Of a stretch of DNA of 64,000 nt, positions 11,585-23,000 are shown in pieces. The notes under the pieces were generated by a model. It was not told the origin of the DNA. It saw only the letters and a program-made list of their open reading frames with translations, and did not search any database. The position numbers and the translations under genes are program-made. Every line of letters begins with the position of its first letter. Positions within the stretch are counted from its first letter, which is position 1. The stretch covers positions 11,051,480 to 11,115,479 of the forward strand of contig CM121342.1 of assembly GCA_051530055.1 (NCBI GenBank). The letters are read 5' to 3'. The stretch is from Neoechinorhynchus agilis (lineage: Eukaryota > Animalia > Acanthocephala).

Positions 11585-11649
11585 CTCAGACACCTCCAGG
11601 AGGCGGGACTCATCAGTGAGTTTCCTCCCTTCAGCGATATTTCGTCCCC
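11585..11649 (-). ncRNA. Permuted hammerhead ribozyme (copy 2)
   Basis: Same order as copy 1. Stem III is UAUC:GGUG, with two substitutions that both become G-U pairs. The cleavage triplet is GUC. Confidence 0.75.
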
Positions 11650-11728
11650 TTTCGCTGTGCGTCATTGGTGGTAACGGATTCGAACCACTTGACCCCTAAT
11701 CGGGATCACGGGCATTAGTCCACTTGAC

Positions 11729-13259
11729 AAGATTGAGAAGGGCGCATTCGATCTTGACATTTGACTTTTTAGTCCCGATCAATGGGATTATCAGTAGACA
11801 ACTACCGCGATTACAATCTCTGATTCTTGCCCATAACAAATTGGACCATCGAAATCTTATTGTAATGGAAATATGACAAAATTAAGGCGCGTTGACCTTT
11901 CTTACAACTAAATTCAAAGCCTGACTATGCCGAAAAATGACTTTTGGGAAAATCTATAATGGAACGAAATTCGAATCCACGGTAAGCCATTGAAAAAAAA
12001 TGATTTGAAATGTATTGGTCTACTTCGGAAATTACGAGTACTGGAAATTTCGAGGGATGCAGAGTTAGAATACATCTTCCAGGAAAAATTTAGTTCATAT
12101 AATTTACGGGAATTTGTAGTACGTGGTGGAACAACTCTATATTTTAATCCGAACAATTTGAAGTGGATTTCACGACTTGCGCATATCGGCATTTTGGATG
12201 GGAGATTAGAGTCAGTTCCTACTAGAAATGGAGCTACAGACATTTCGGTCAAATCTTTGTCATTATCAAAAAACCAAATCAAGATTATTTACAAATCAGA
12301 TTTTCAAACGTGGAGAAGATTGGAACGATTGAATCTCTCGTTTAATATTATTGAGTATATCAACGAAACGGCCTTTTCTTTGCTGAGTTACCTCACCGAC
12401 TTGTTTCTCGATGGAAACGAGCTATCCAGCTTAAAGGGGGAAATTCTTAGGCACAACACTATTAAGACGTTTCTCCATCTCTCAAAATGGCATAGTGAGT
12501 TTACCTCCGAATTTATTTAGTAACGTTGAATTCCTTGATTATTTCAATCTGCCCTCAAATCAACTACGAAACTTGGACATAATTGACTTGCCTCCAAACT
12601 TATTTTGGCACTTAATTGTGAGCAATAATCCATTAACTTTCATCTTTTCAAATAAAGCGAGGAGCAATTACACTTACATGGAGTTTGTTCTCCTCTCAGA
12701 ATTTATTCCAGTTCCTACTCGAGAAGCCCTAGAAACCTATGTTCTATTCAGTGATAAAAAGGAAACGACGAAAGTGACTGTGGTTACAATGAAAAACCTC
12801 ACAAGAATTCGGTACGTTGACAAATTAATCAAAGGGCAAGAGAGGATCTCGCTGGATATTAGTCAAAATTATATATCGACTATTGACAATGAGGACTTTA
12901 CCTCGTTTCCGCGTCTCCAATTTCTTTGCCTTCAATCTAATAAAATTTGGGAAATTACTCCGTATTCGTTCGTTAAATGCAATTCACTGAAAATGCTCGA
13001 TCTCGCTCACAATCGGTTGAGGGACATCTATGCCTTGGACGTGTTTTTCAATCTTAATAATTTAATTTTCCTAAATCTTGCTTATAATGAACTTCACAAA
13101 CTGCCGTACAACGCCTTTAAGCACCTACGAAACCTCAAACTATTAAATATCTCAAACAATCCGATTCGACATATATTTCTTCGACCTTTGAGGAAAAGCT
13201 CAACACTAACTCATCTTTATGTTAGCAATACAAATATTCAAAGTATATTTAACGTGTGA
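11729..13259 (+). pseudogene. Leucine-rich-repeat receptor-like gene, disrupted
   Basis: Repeated LxxLxLxxNxI motifs (LERLNLSFNIIEYI, LQFLCLQSNKIWEI, LKMLDLAHNRLRDI, LIFLNLAYNELHKL, LKLLNISNNPI). Frameshift at ~12495-12520, stops in 11730-11990, and the 5' part abuts the tandem element. Confidence 0.75.
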
Positions 13260-13739
13260 TATGGTAATTTGGAACGATGGAAAAGTAAATTATGGTACTT
13301 AGAAAAATAAATTGTTTTTCTAAAGAAGTGTAATTTTGTTTCGAATAAAAACACACCAATGCTAAAAAATTTTCATTGCAAGCATGTTTCAATGATTCGA
13401 ATTTTTTACTAAAACGTACTGACATCAATCATCTTCTGTCCTATAGTTGTTTTTCAATGCCATTTTGACAACTTCCAAAGGGCTTCAAATAATATTGACA
13501 ATTTTTAAAATCCTTCTACTGGTTGTTCAAAAATAAAAAGAATAGGACCCATCTACCTTTGGGTCTTCACAAGGACTCGAGTTCAGTGTTTCAAAAAAAA
13601 GCGTATCCATTAGTGTGAGAATATCCGGTCGAGGTATATCCATTCGGGCGGTCTATCCAGTCGGGGGATGCCCGTTCTGGTGGGGATTGACGCTTATTGT
13701 TTGCAGGCGGGCTTGTGAGCTTGGGTCTATCCTCAAGTT

Positions 13740-14900
13740 CATTTCAGGTAATGATATCCGAAAAGATTGGGCAGCATGGAAAAAGGAGCGTAGATATAGG
13801 GAGGTGCGATGCCGAGGGAGGATGAAACGAATTAGGATTACGAGTGTTGTGCTCTTGGGAAAAGGGAGCGATATGTGAAAGAAATTGTGGTGGTAGGCTT
13901 GAGAAGCGCTTTGTTTGTTTTATGAAAATGGCATCAAGGCATTCGACGAGAGGGGTAAAATCACCTGTGCAAATTATAGATGTTCTTTTATGAAACATTT
14001 CAAGACGACGGATTAGAGATTTTGATAGGTTGCAAAAGTCGGGATAACCGTAGGCGAAGGAGGGTAAAATAAAGCTGAAGTAAAATTTGTAGAGATCGGG
14101 CGAAAGGATTCTTAAATGTCGGAGACGTTTGAAGAGATAATTTTTGAAGGTATTGAGCTTGAGGGAGAGAGTGATGTGCTAGTCCCACTTCAAGTTTAAT
14201 TAAAATTGGAGACTCCGAATTCTTAGGAAGGTGACTCGTAGGATGTCATCTAGAAGCTCGGGGGAGGACAGGGTTTCGGAAGAATTAAGGGATCATTTCG
14301 AAAATTTTAGAGAAATTCAGGCGGTTTGTGATTGTTGCAGAAGTCGTTTATGTGTGTGATTTCGTTAGAGGTTAAAGAAAGGGAGAGGTGGGGTGGTGAA
14401 TGGGTGATGAGGAGTTAGAGGAGAGAGGTCGTTTAGGAAAATAATAGAGAAGTGGTGACAGCAAAGAACCTTGAAGTACGTCTTTTGTGAGGGGTAGGCT
14501 GATAGAGGAGGTAGAACGGCAGTGAATGTATTGTTTGCGATTGTGAATCTAAGTTTCGAGATAGTTGATCTGCCACGAGTTTAGATCGAAATCGGAGAAG
14601 GCCTGGCGAAGGAATGAATTGTCCACTGAGTCGAATGCTTTCGATAAATCCAATTGAATGAGACGGGTGACGTAATGGGGATTATTGTCGGGGTTACGTA
14701 GAGGTGTCATAAATGCAAAGTAGGGCATCGGTTGCAAAAAATCTGGGTCGGAAACCAAATTGTAGGAGCGATAACTTTTCGTTGAGAAGTGAAAGAGGGC
14801 GAGATTTAAAACATTTTCCGATGATTTTTGAAAGAGCGCTTAAAATGGATATTGGACGGAATGATTCGGCCGAAATCAGATGTTCTTCTCATGGAAGAAG
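13740..14900 (-). mobile_element. Degenerate non-LTR RT fragment related to 6839-8411
   Basis: RLIQLDLSKAFDSVD (14549-14758). Pyrimidine-rich sense strand and multiple stops. Confidence 0.8.
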
Positions 14901-15064
14901 GATAACTTGAACAGTTTTCAGACATGAGGGTGTTACAGAGTGATCGATCGCGGCGAGCAGGGCGCGTTCGATCGATAACTTCCGAACCGTTGTGTGTGTC
15001 GTTTCAGATCTACCATTTTTTCTTGTCTACTCTCATAGTCTATACTCGTTGCTTTACTTGAGGT

Positions 15065-15665
15065 GTGGGATGCGAGATGGATCTTGTCGATTTGGACCGA
15101 ATAATAGAAAATTTCAAGATGGGTCCTTTCTTTGGTACCACGGCGAGCGAATGGACAACGTATGTCCGCAGATTTGAACGCCTTCTTTGGGTAAAGGGAA
15201 TAAGAGTTGATTCCGATTTAATGGAAAGTGCCAAGGCGACCTTGTTATTGACATACATGGGCGATATGACCTTAAGTCGGCTAGAAAAACATATGTTCCC
15301 AAATTACCCAGGTGATTTGCGATTTAACGAGTTGGTTCAGGAAATTGAGAGACTCTTGGGCACCGGCGGTGACCCTGTTTGCTGCGCGGTTCGCGTTCGA
15401 ACAAGCAAACCGAAATACGAGGGAGAAATTCGCAGAGTTCGCAGATAGGTTGCGATTTTTGAGTATAGGTTGCAGTTATGGACAGAATCTTAACGAACGA
15501 CTTAGAGACCGATTTGCAATCGGGCTGAGGGAGCCAAAGGTGGAAAGGGAAATTTGTAATAGGAGCCATCTACTTTTGGGTCTTCACAAGCACTGGAGTC
15601 AGTATTTCAAAAAAAGCGTATCCGTTAGGGTGAGAATATCCGGTCGAGGTATATCCATTCGGGAA
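15065..15665 (+). mobile_element. Ty3/Gypsy-type gag remnant
   Basis: EWTTYVRRFE...KATLLLTYMG...FNELVQEI and, after a frameshift, RFAF..NR...EKFAEFADRLRFL...CSYG..LNERLRDRFAIGL. About 15565-15665 is directly repeated at ~13549-13650. Confidence 0.75.
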
Positions 15666-16708
15666 CTGACTCCAATCTTCCATCCAAAATGTCGATATGC
15701 GCAAGTCGTGAAAGTAGGAGAGGCGACCGAACGATCGAAGACAACGACGAGGAGCACCCGTGCAATTTGTACTCTCGATCTGGTTGCAGTGGGCCGAACA
15801 GTTGAAAGTTTATAAAAGTTTTATGGCTTTAGCTTTTCGCCAGAACGATTACATTAACGTTTCATTTGACTTTGTTTCTTCAACAAACTCTAAAGATCCT
15901 TACAATTTAGTGCTAAAGTTATTTGCTGCTGTTAAAAAAATACATTATTTCCTCCGCTCGAACGCTTTCGAGTGTACCATGAATAAAAATTTATCCCAAT
16001 TTTAACGAATTATTAATAAAAAGCCTTATGATCCTTCTACAAATCGAAAACAAATCAATAACAAATCATTATTTTTGCATTTTTTCATGTCGACCAGAAA
16101 TTAATGTTCAAACGATGAATTAAGCTCGTTAATTAAGGAATTCACTTTCGCGATTTTAAGATCGAAAAACGTTATTGCAGATGAGGAGGTTAGATTTTAT
16201 TGAAAAATCGAGAAATCGAACGATTTTGGGAAACAATGTCATGAACAATTTTAATTATTTTATTTTGTGTCCGGGTAGCCAGTATATAAATTAATATTCT
16301 CAAATTTTCCATTCAGTAATATTTCCTTAATGATGAAGTTACTCAACAAAGGAAGCATTCATGTGGAAATCAAAGAAATGCTCAACGTCGATCTTTCAGT
16401 GGCATTAAATATTCAGTTTTTGAGAAGTGGATGGATTGATAGAAACGCGATACAAACGAATTAAACGCCTTTTAAAAAAGGACCTTTTTTCCACCAATGC
16501 GAGTGATTTCCAAATATAGCAATCCTAACAAATTCTTTTTATAAATTATTTAGCCACTATTTTTGCAGTCAAATATTATTTCCTGCAGTCCTTTATCAAT
16601 CCACCGCTTCTTAATCAACAGGATACACAAAGGCGAGAAAGTTAATATATTTTCGAAACAAAGTAACTTTTTTAGAATTTTTATATGTGGCTCAGCCGGT
16701 AGTCTTTT

Positions 16709-16772
16709 GAGACGAAATACTGCTGAAGGGAGAAAACTCACTGATGAGTCCCGCCTCCTGGAGGTATCTGAG
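16709..16772 (+). ncRNA. Permuted hammerhead ribozyme (copy 3, truncated element)
   Basis: GAGAC-GAAA-UACU-gcugaagggagaaaa-CUCA-CUGAUGA-GUCCC-gccuccugga-GGUA-UC^UGAG. Stem III is kept by a U-G pair and stem II has one mismatch. Confidence 0.7.
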
Positions 16773-16911
16773 AATTCGGAGGGATGTACTTCCGAATGTT
16801 TGTTGTCATCACTACTTTTGTATTTGTCGTAACCTGATAAATTTGTTGATTTCGCTAAGGTAAAAAATTCATTAAGGATAAATCCAGATACTCAGTGCCT
16901 TTTACTAAACT

Positions 16912-17050
16912 TGGGGAAAAAATTATATATCCAAGATGACTTTTATTGAAATATTTCGTCCAATCACGCTGGACTTCTTCAGTCAATTTACAACGTGATT
17001 GGACGAAATATTTCAATAAAAGTCATCTTGGATATATAATTTTTTCCCCA
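16912..17050. repeat. Perfect 57-bp inverted repeat with a 25-bp spacer
   Basis: 16912-16968 is the exact reverse complement of 16994-17050. Confidence 0.95.
16945..16987 (-). ncRNA. Minimal type I hammerhead ribozyme (PLE-type)
   Basis: AUUGA-CUGAAGA-A-GUCCA-gcgugau-UGGAC-GAAA-UA-UU^UCAAU, with palindromic stem III AUAU and AATAAAAG downstream. Confidence 0.85.
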
Positions 17051-18382
17051 CGTTCACATATTCATGGATTTTATCTTTAACCTTTAACTATAATTGTCGA
17101 AAAGCGATTTTCGCACGTTTTGCTTTACAGTCAGAATTGCACGTCTACTTTCACATTGGTTTGCTCTTGAAGGCTGTGTAGTAAAAGACTTGCATTATCT
17201 TACCGATCACTACGTTTCTTCGATGCCTGGTGATTTGTTGTTATAAAAGCTCTTGTATGTCTGCTTAATCTGAAAAAGTTCATGAACACGACCGAAATCG
17301 TCATTGCATTATGTATTTGCGGCAAGTCGAGCGCTGTTTTGGTCGTTATCCACTCCACGGTTTAGTTCAGTCCGAAAAATAGAGGTAACTTTAGTGATTT
17401 TCTGCATATACTCAATTTTTAGCATTACTATTCCGAATGTCTCCATTTAAAAACCATAATAAATACCAGCATCACAAATCCTGAATCACAATACAGCAAC
17501 TGAAGCCTATGATGTGGCCTTGAAGATTACTCATTGATGATCAAGATTGTTGTGTTAAGCAACGAAAGTTTAAGTTATAGATCCCGAAGTTCTTTCAAAG
17601 AGTCAAATCAAGAGGTTCAAAATTGCTCGGTAATTTTATACGATCCTTCAGGGTACATTTGAATGCCATGGCCAGAATGTGATAAATGTATTTTACATGA
17701 TGGTCCTTAAGAAAGCCTCCAAGAACCTTCAATATAATGTTGTTTTATTGGCGTATAATTTTGATGTATTAATTACCCTAGATTGAACACACGATATCCC
17801 TTAGTTAAACTTCAATCGTGCCATTGATATATTTTCTGTCGCTTTCCCGCTACTTGTTTCACCCAAGAGGGAGATCGTTAAAGACGAATATATTTCGACA
17901 CTGATTGGATCAGTCATTGTCTCCTCGCTTAAGGAGTTGACGATTCCGGATTCCCGAGTCAAAACGAAAACAATCATGTGGTGTGTGTTGTGACAAATTC
18001 CTCTGTAATTTTTAAATTGGATTGGTCAAATGACTCGGATCCAATCAGTCGAAATATATATACATTCGTCTTTAATGCAATCTCTCTCAAGTGTTGACAA
18101 GCGTCCAAAATGACGACATTCTGTAAACGCTGATCGTCCTAATAATTGCTTCAGAAGGTGTAAATTTTGAGGCCAGCCATTTAAGCTACGTTTGTAGCGC
18201 TATCCATTAAAAAGGTCAGCCGATAATGCATTTTAATTTTTATGCATTCACCAGTGAATTACTGCGCGCTCAAATGTGCAATGGAACTAAGTGATCAATG
18301 GTTTTGCATTTTTAACTGTTTCCAAGACTAATTTAAAACAGCTTACATTACAATAAAAAATTCTTCAGATCATTTATTTGTG

Positions 18383-18719
18383 TTAAAAAGTTAGCATCAA
18401 AGACGCAGTGCCTAAGAGGATAATGGCACTATATGAACCCGACAATTTTAACGAACCACTGGACGTTGATTCTGAAGAAATCGTGGTTGTCGTCGATGAT
18501 GAATTCGTGGTTAACGTCGTGGTCGAAGTTTCCAAAGTACTCTCGGGCGTAGTCGTCGGTGTCGTGGGAGTATCATCTTCGCGACCTACCCGAAGGTACA
18601 ATTCAGTGCAATGAATGTGAACAATGAATCCTGCAATTACAACCAATTTTGCTTTAAGTAGTAAAATAAATGAACTTACCAAAGTACACTAAGAAAAGTA
18701 GATTTTGTTTGAACTGCAT
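18383..18719 (-). CDS. Small secreted Thr/Ser-rich, probably GPI-anchored protein (~95 aa, 2 exons)
   Basis: Exon 1 (18719-18680) reads MQFKQNLLFLVYF. A 49-nt gtaag...ttgcag intron is followed by exon 2 GFIVHIHCTE...TPTTPTTTPESTLETSTTT...SGSYSAIILLGTASLMLTF*. This gives a signal peptide, a mucin-like tract and a hydrophobic tail. Confidence 0.7.
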
Positions 18720-19006
18720 TGTAGATGAAATGTTCTAACCGATTATTTAGTTGAAAATATGAATTCAACCTCTATTTATACTCTCAAAATGTTATGGTGT
18801 TTTCACCTAATGTCATATATTTTCGAATGAATCTTGTTTATGAGTCGAAGCGTCATTTGTTTTTAACTAAACATCCTGTGCATGCACTACTCGATTTTAC
18901 GTTAATGCATCGAACGGGAATAGATTGAAAAACAGTGATGTAGGCGCAGTCAATTACTATAAACTTTTGATTAACCAATCAAATACTTCCAAAAACGAGA
19001 TTGATC

Positions 19007-19745
19007 AAAGCATCCCTCTTAGCGTTTCTGGGTGTTCTCATAAGACGACAAAACTCAGGTTATTGGGACTACAACATTAAACGCGGTGTGGTACCTTGGA
19101 CCTCTGCCCAGCCAGGGAAGTTATCCGGGTAGCAAAATAGCTCGCTGTATTCGGGACGACCTTCGGGAAGCGATAAGAACCCAAATAACGGGTTTTCTTT
19201 TGAGAGTTCCATTCATTAAGGATCATTTGAACTCCGATATCGAATCCTGAGGTCGGACAACCGATCATTGCAGATAAGGCAAGAAATTGTCCAGCATTGT
19301 CAATCCATTGGCCAATTTTATCTACGAGATATCCTGTAAAGACTGTCCGCGAGTCTCTATATTGGGCAGATTAACAGACTACGACGCAGGATTGGTGAGC
19401 ATCTAAACGCTGTTGAACAAGAAAACAGACCAAAGCTCTGCAGTAGTGAGTCACTCGACATCAAATCACGAGATCGATTTTGACAAAATCAATGGATTGA
19501 TGGAAGGTGACGATCGATATGGAAGTGTGATCGTTGAAGCAATGTACATTGACTATCGTGGCACATTCCAGTTAAATAAGGCGGATTATAGACTAAAACT
19601 AAGGATAAAGTCATCCCTGAGTTACCTTTTAGACCTGAAGTCCCACGGAACGGACGAAATATTGAGATCAATAAATCAATATCTACTTTCCTCATCACCA
19701 AAAATACGTTTATATGTGAACAACTTCTTTAAAACAACCTTGTAA
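19007..19745 (+). mobile_element. PLE GIY-YIG endonuclease fragment
   Basis: Across frameshifts: IYEISCKDCPRVYIGQ...RRRIGEHL..V..K...SSAVVSHS..NHEIDFD...VIVEAMYI. Confidence 0.85.
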
Positions 19746-20055
19746 GCGTGGACGTCTCTTTAGATTTTTTTCAACATTGTAAGCGTGGACGTGCGTTTAG
19801 GATTGTTTTCTGGTGTCCAAGTATGCGAATGAAAATGTTCATCACGTGTCCGTTATAATCGCGTTTGCGCGGACGTGTATTAAGAGCTGTTTTGTTTGTT
19901 CGTAGGTGTTTTTGTGGAAGTGTTAATAAAAGTGGCCTTATAGAGTTGTAGGCGCGGTCGTGTTTTTAGGGTTGTTTTTGTGTGTCCATGGTTGTGCATG
20001 CAAATATTCTTAACTTGCCAGTTATAAAGACGTGTATGCGTGTGTGGGTATTGCC

Positions 20056-23000
20056 TCAAAAACAACATAATAATTCTCTTTGAGAATTTTCACACCAGAA
20101 TCTATACCATTCGTACTGAAGTGAAACTGATTGAAGATTTGCGCAATACTGTTTAAATCGGTCAAAAACTGAATTGATTGAGTGAATCAGTTCATTTATA
20201 GGCTGATCCGTGGAGTCATTAACAGTGCATCCACTGGTGTTTGATAAAACTGTTTTCCACTTCCTGCTCGACCGCAAATTTGACATCCACAGGAAACCGA
20301 AGCGCATTAACACTTCCCCGTCCGAATAATTGTCCGGGAAAACAAGTCCGGTACCAGTCCAATGAATGTAATGATAGAATCCATTAGGTTCATCAATAAC
20401 ACACTGATTGACTAGAAAACCAAACTCGATTAGTACTCGTTTCTGGAATCGCTCCAATAGCTTAAGCTTAGTATGTACGTGAAGCTTAATGAACTCTTCG
20501 TCTTCTTCAAGGAATTGGAGGTTCATGCTCAATCGAGTTGGACAATTGAGGCATCCTAGATGGAGAGACGATGGAAGGAATATCTCAGCTGGGACACTAT
20601 ATGCAGATTTTTCGAATGCTCGTTCACATTTCACCCATGCTTCGTTCGGTTGGAATTCGCACCATGGGGAAAAAGGTACAGGGAGGAAATTGAAATTGTA
20701 ATTAACGGCTTTGCGTGTCCATAAGCCGATTAAATCACAGAGGAGCATTCCGGTCGATACGAGCCAGCACAAACTCAGCTCGAATGAGGCTCGAGGGTGA
20801 TAATAGAGAGGATATGTTGCCGAAGCCCATTCGGATTTGTCACTCTGACCTGAAGGATCCGCCTCAACGTTTACAAATGCTATGTTGGGCTTCTCAGGAA
20901 TTGCACAAGGTAGCGAGTGAGGATCTGTGGGGGTGTCGAAGAAACGTACTTCACAAAACGATCGTGGTTTTCCTCGGAAATCTCTGGTGGTGTCTGACGG
21001 GAAGTAATAGAGGTAAAATCCGTGGTAGAATGTACACTCTCGAGATGTGTGCAGTATGATTTTGTCCGAAAGGAGGCTTTGGAGGAACGCAATGGATTCT
21101 CGTTCATCGTTTAAATCCTTCACATTTTCCAAGCACCACCAGACAGCCTCTCCGCTGATAAAGGTACGCGGAAACGACTCTAGAGTAATCGTGAGGCATA
21201 GATATCGAGTGATAATTATCAAAAACAAACTTTAATACGGAAAACTTCATTCTTATCTATTATTTGTGAAATATTTCGCGAAGAGTTTCCTCACATCTTC
21301 AGTCAGATCCCTACTGCGGTTGTTTGCGATTCATTGATCGGGGTATATATCACCAAATTAAAATAAAAATCTCCACGATGACAATTCTAAAGGAAAACTT
21401 AATCTATCGCTCATCTAAACCATATAAAAATCAAGACGTTTTTGAAATTTTAACACCTCAGCGGACGAGAATCATGACCGAAAATTCTTTAAAGTCGCTC
21501 CGAATATTTTTAGGTAGAAAGTGATGACTTACAAACAGTAGATATTTCTTCATAGCTGCGATTACTTTGCTTCTATTTGTTGACATCAGTTGTGATTCAT
21601 TTTGACCGGTAGCGCTATCATTTAGCATATGAGCCGGTGCAACGCGTTTCAGTTTGTTCAAATTCTTCAAAAAAAGAACAAAACACTGTCTTCTACCAAG
21701 ATCATCCTGACACAATTCTGCATCATTGGACCGCTGATTTGGTGTAGGCAACAGAGCTAACTTAATTCTCCAATACCTCATATTTGGGCAGAAGTCGGCT
21801 TCCTCTGTGTTATTTTGAACACATACATAGTTGTCTAGTTCACTCCACTTAATGTTGAGTTTCTCATCGTATCTAAATATGCATTGGTTTCCATAGAATC
21901 CTTCGTGTTCCTTAAAACAGGGCCAATATCGATATGTATAAACAATCGGAGGATTTCGAAGACGCGTTCGAGGCCTGAATTCAACTCGGATAATTTTATA
22001 TCCATCAGAATGCTCATCACATTTCATGAGTTGAAGAACGTGAACCGATCTACCTATTGTAAGAACCTTTGTATCGACAACAGCTGGGTGCGTTTGTTCA
22101 CTGAGCATTTCATTGCATCGCATTAGACTATCAAAGTTATCGCCAACGACAAGTTGGAATCCACGGGAGAGGCGAAGCCCGACCATGTCGTTGTAAACTT
22201 GATGATGGGATGATAAAGAACCTGCAAGAAGTTCTTTTTGGATAAGTTGTTCTCTTATAAGTTCCGGGAATATGACATCCTTATAGTCGACATAGTCTCT
22301 CAAAATTGCTTCAATAGAGGGAAGCGTTTCTGTAAAGATTGGGAAACATGCCGGCATCACAAGGTTTTTCCAATTTACATCGAATCGTTTAAACGAAACG
22401 GTGTGCTCAATCGCGCTCACACAAGCCAACAGAGGATTTAGATAAATAGGTGTTTCGTTGAGATCACTTGAACTATCGGACTGTTCATGAGTATCCTGTG
22501 ATTCGCATGTGGTTCCGCGACCGAGAATGATCTCAAAACTACCGGAATCATCGGAAGCGTCAGATGAACCGAACGACGGGAACATAGGGCTGCGGCTATA
22601 ATGCTGTCTTGAGTTATGTGTTCGATCATATTGCATCGCGAAATATTCCGGCAAAGGGAATGTGGTTGTTGGAATGTCCGTCATGTCGTTCCTTTGATTG
22701 GATTGACCACTTATGTCATAGGTCATAGAGTGCGATTTAATTGAACAGATGAACAAGCACGTCATTACCGGGGCAAGTAAAGAATTCTCGAAAGGATTAT
22801 ATAAAAGCTTTTATTTTTAGCCTTAATTTTAAACAATTCTTTAAGTCTCATGTGGTTCCTAAAATCGAAACCATATTTTAAAATAGAACTATGAGTTGCG
22901 TACGGAAGCAATCGATTGGACAATGCGCGCTTAACCTAAATTGCTCTTCAGATTTCCCGAAAATTCGCAATAGATGACCCTTGACGAAAATTAACAACTC

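Larger units (their letters stand above)
11030..11728 (-). mobile_element. Head-to-tail tandem (382-bp unit, ~1.8 copies) of a tRNA-promoter, hammerhead-bearing retrozyme/SINE-like element
   Basis: Unit 1 is 11030-11411 and unit 2 is 11412-11728 (offset 382). Each has A box TGGTCAAGTGG, a T-arm with B box GGTTCGAATCC (11294-11304 in unit 1) and a hammerhead core. Confidence 0.85.
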
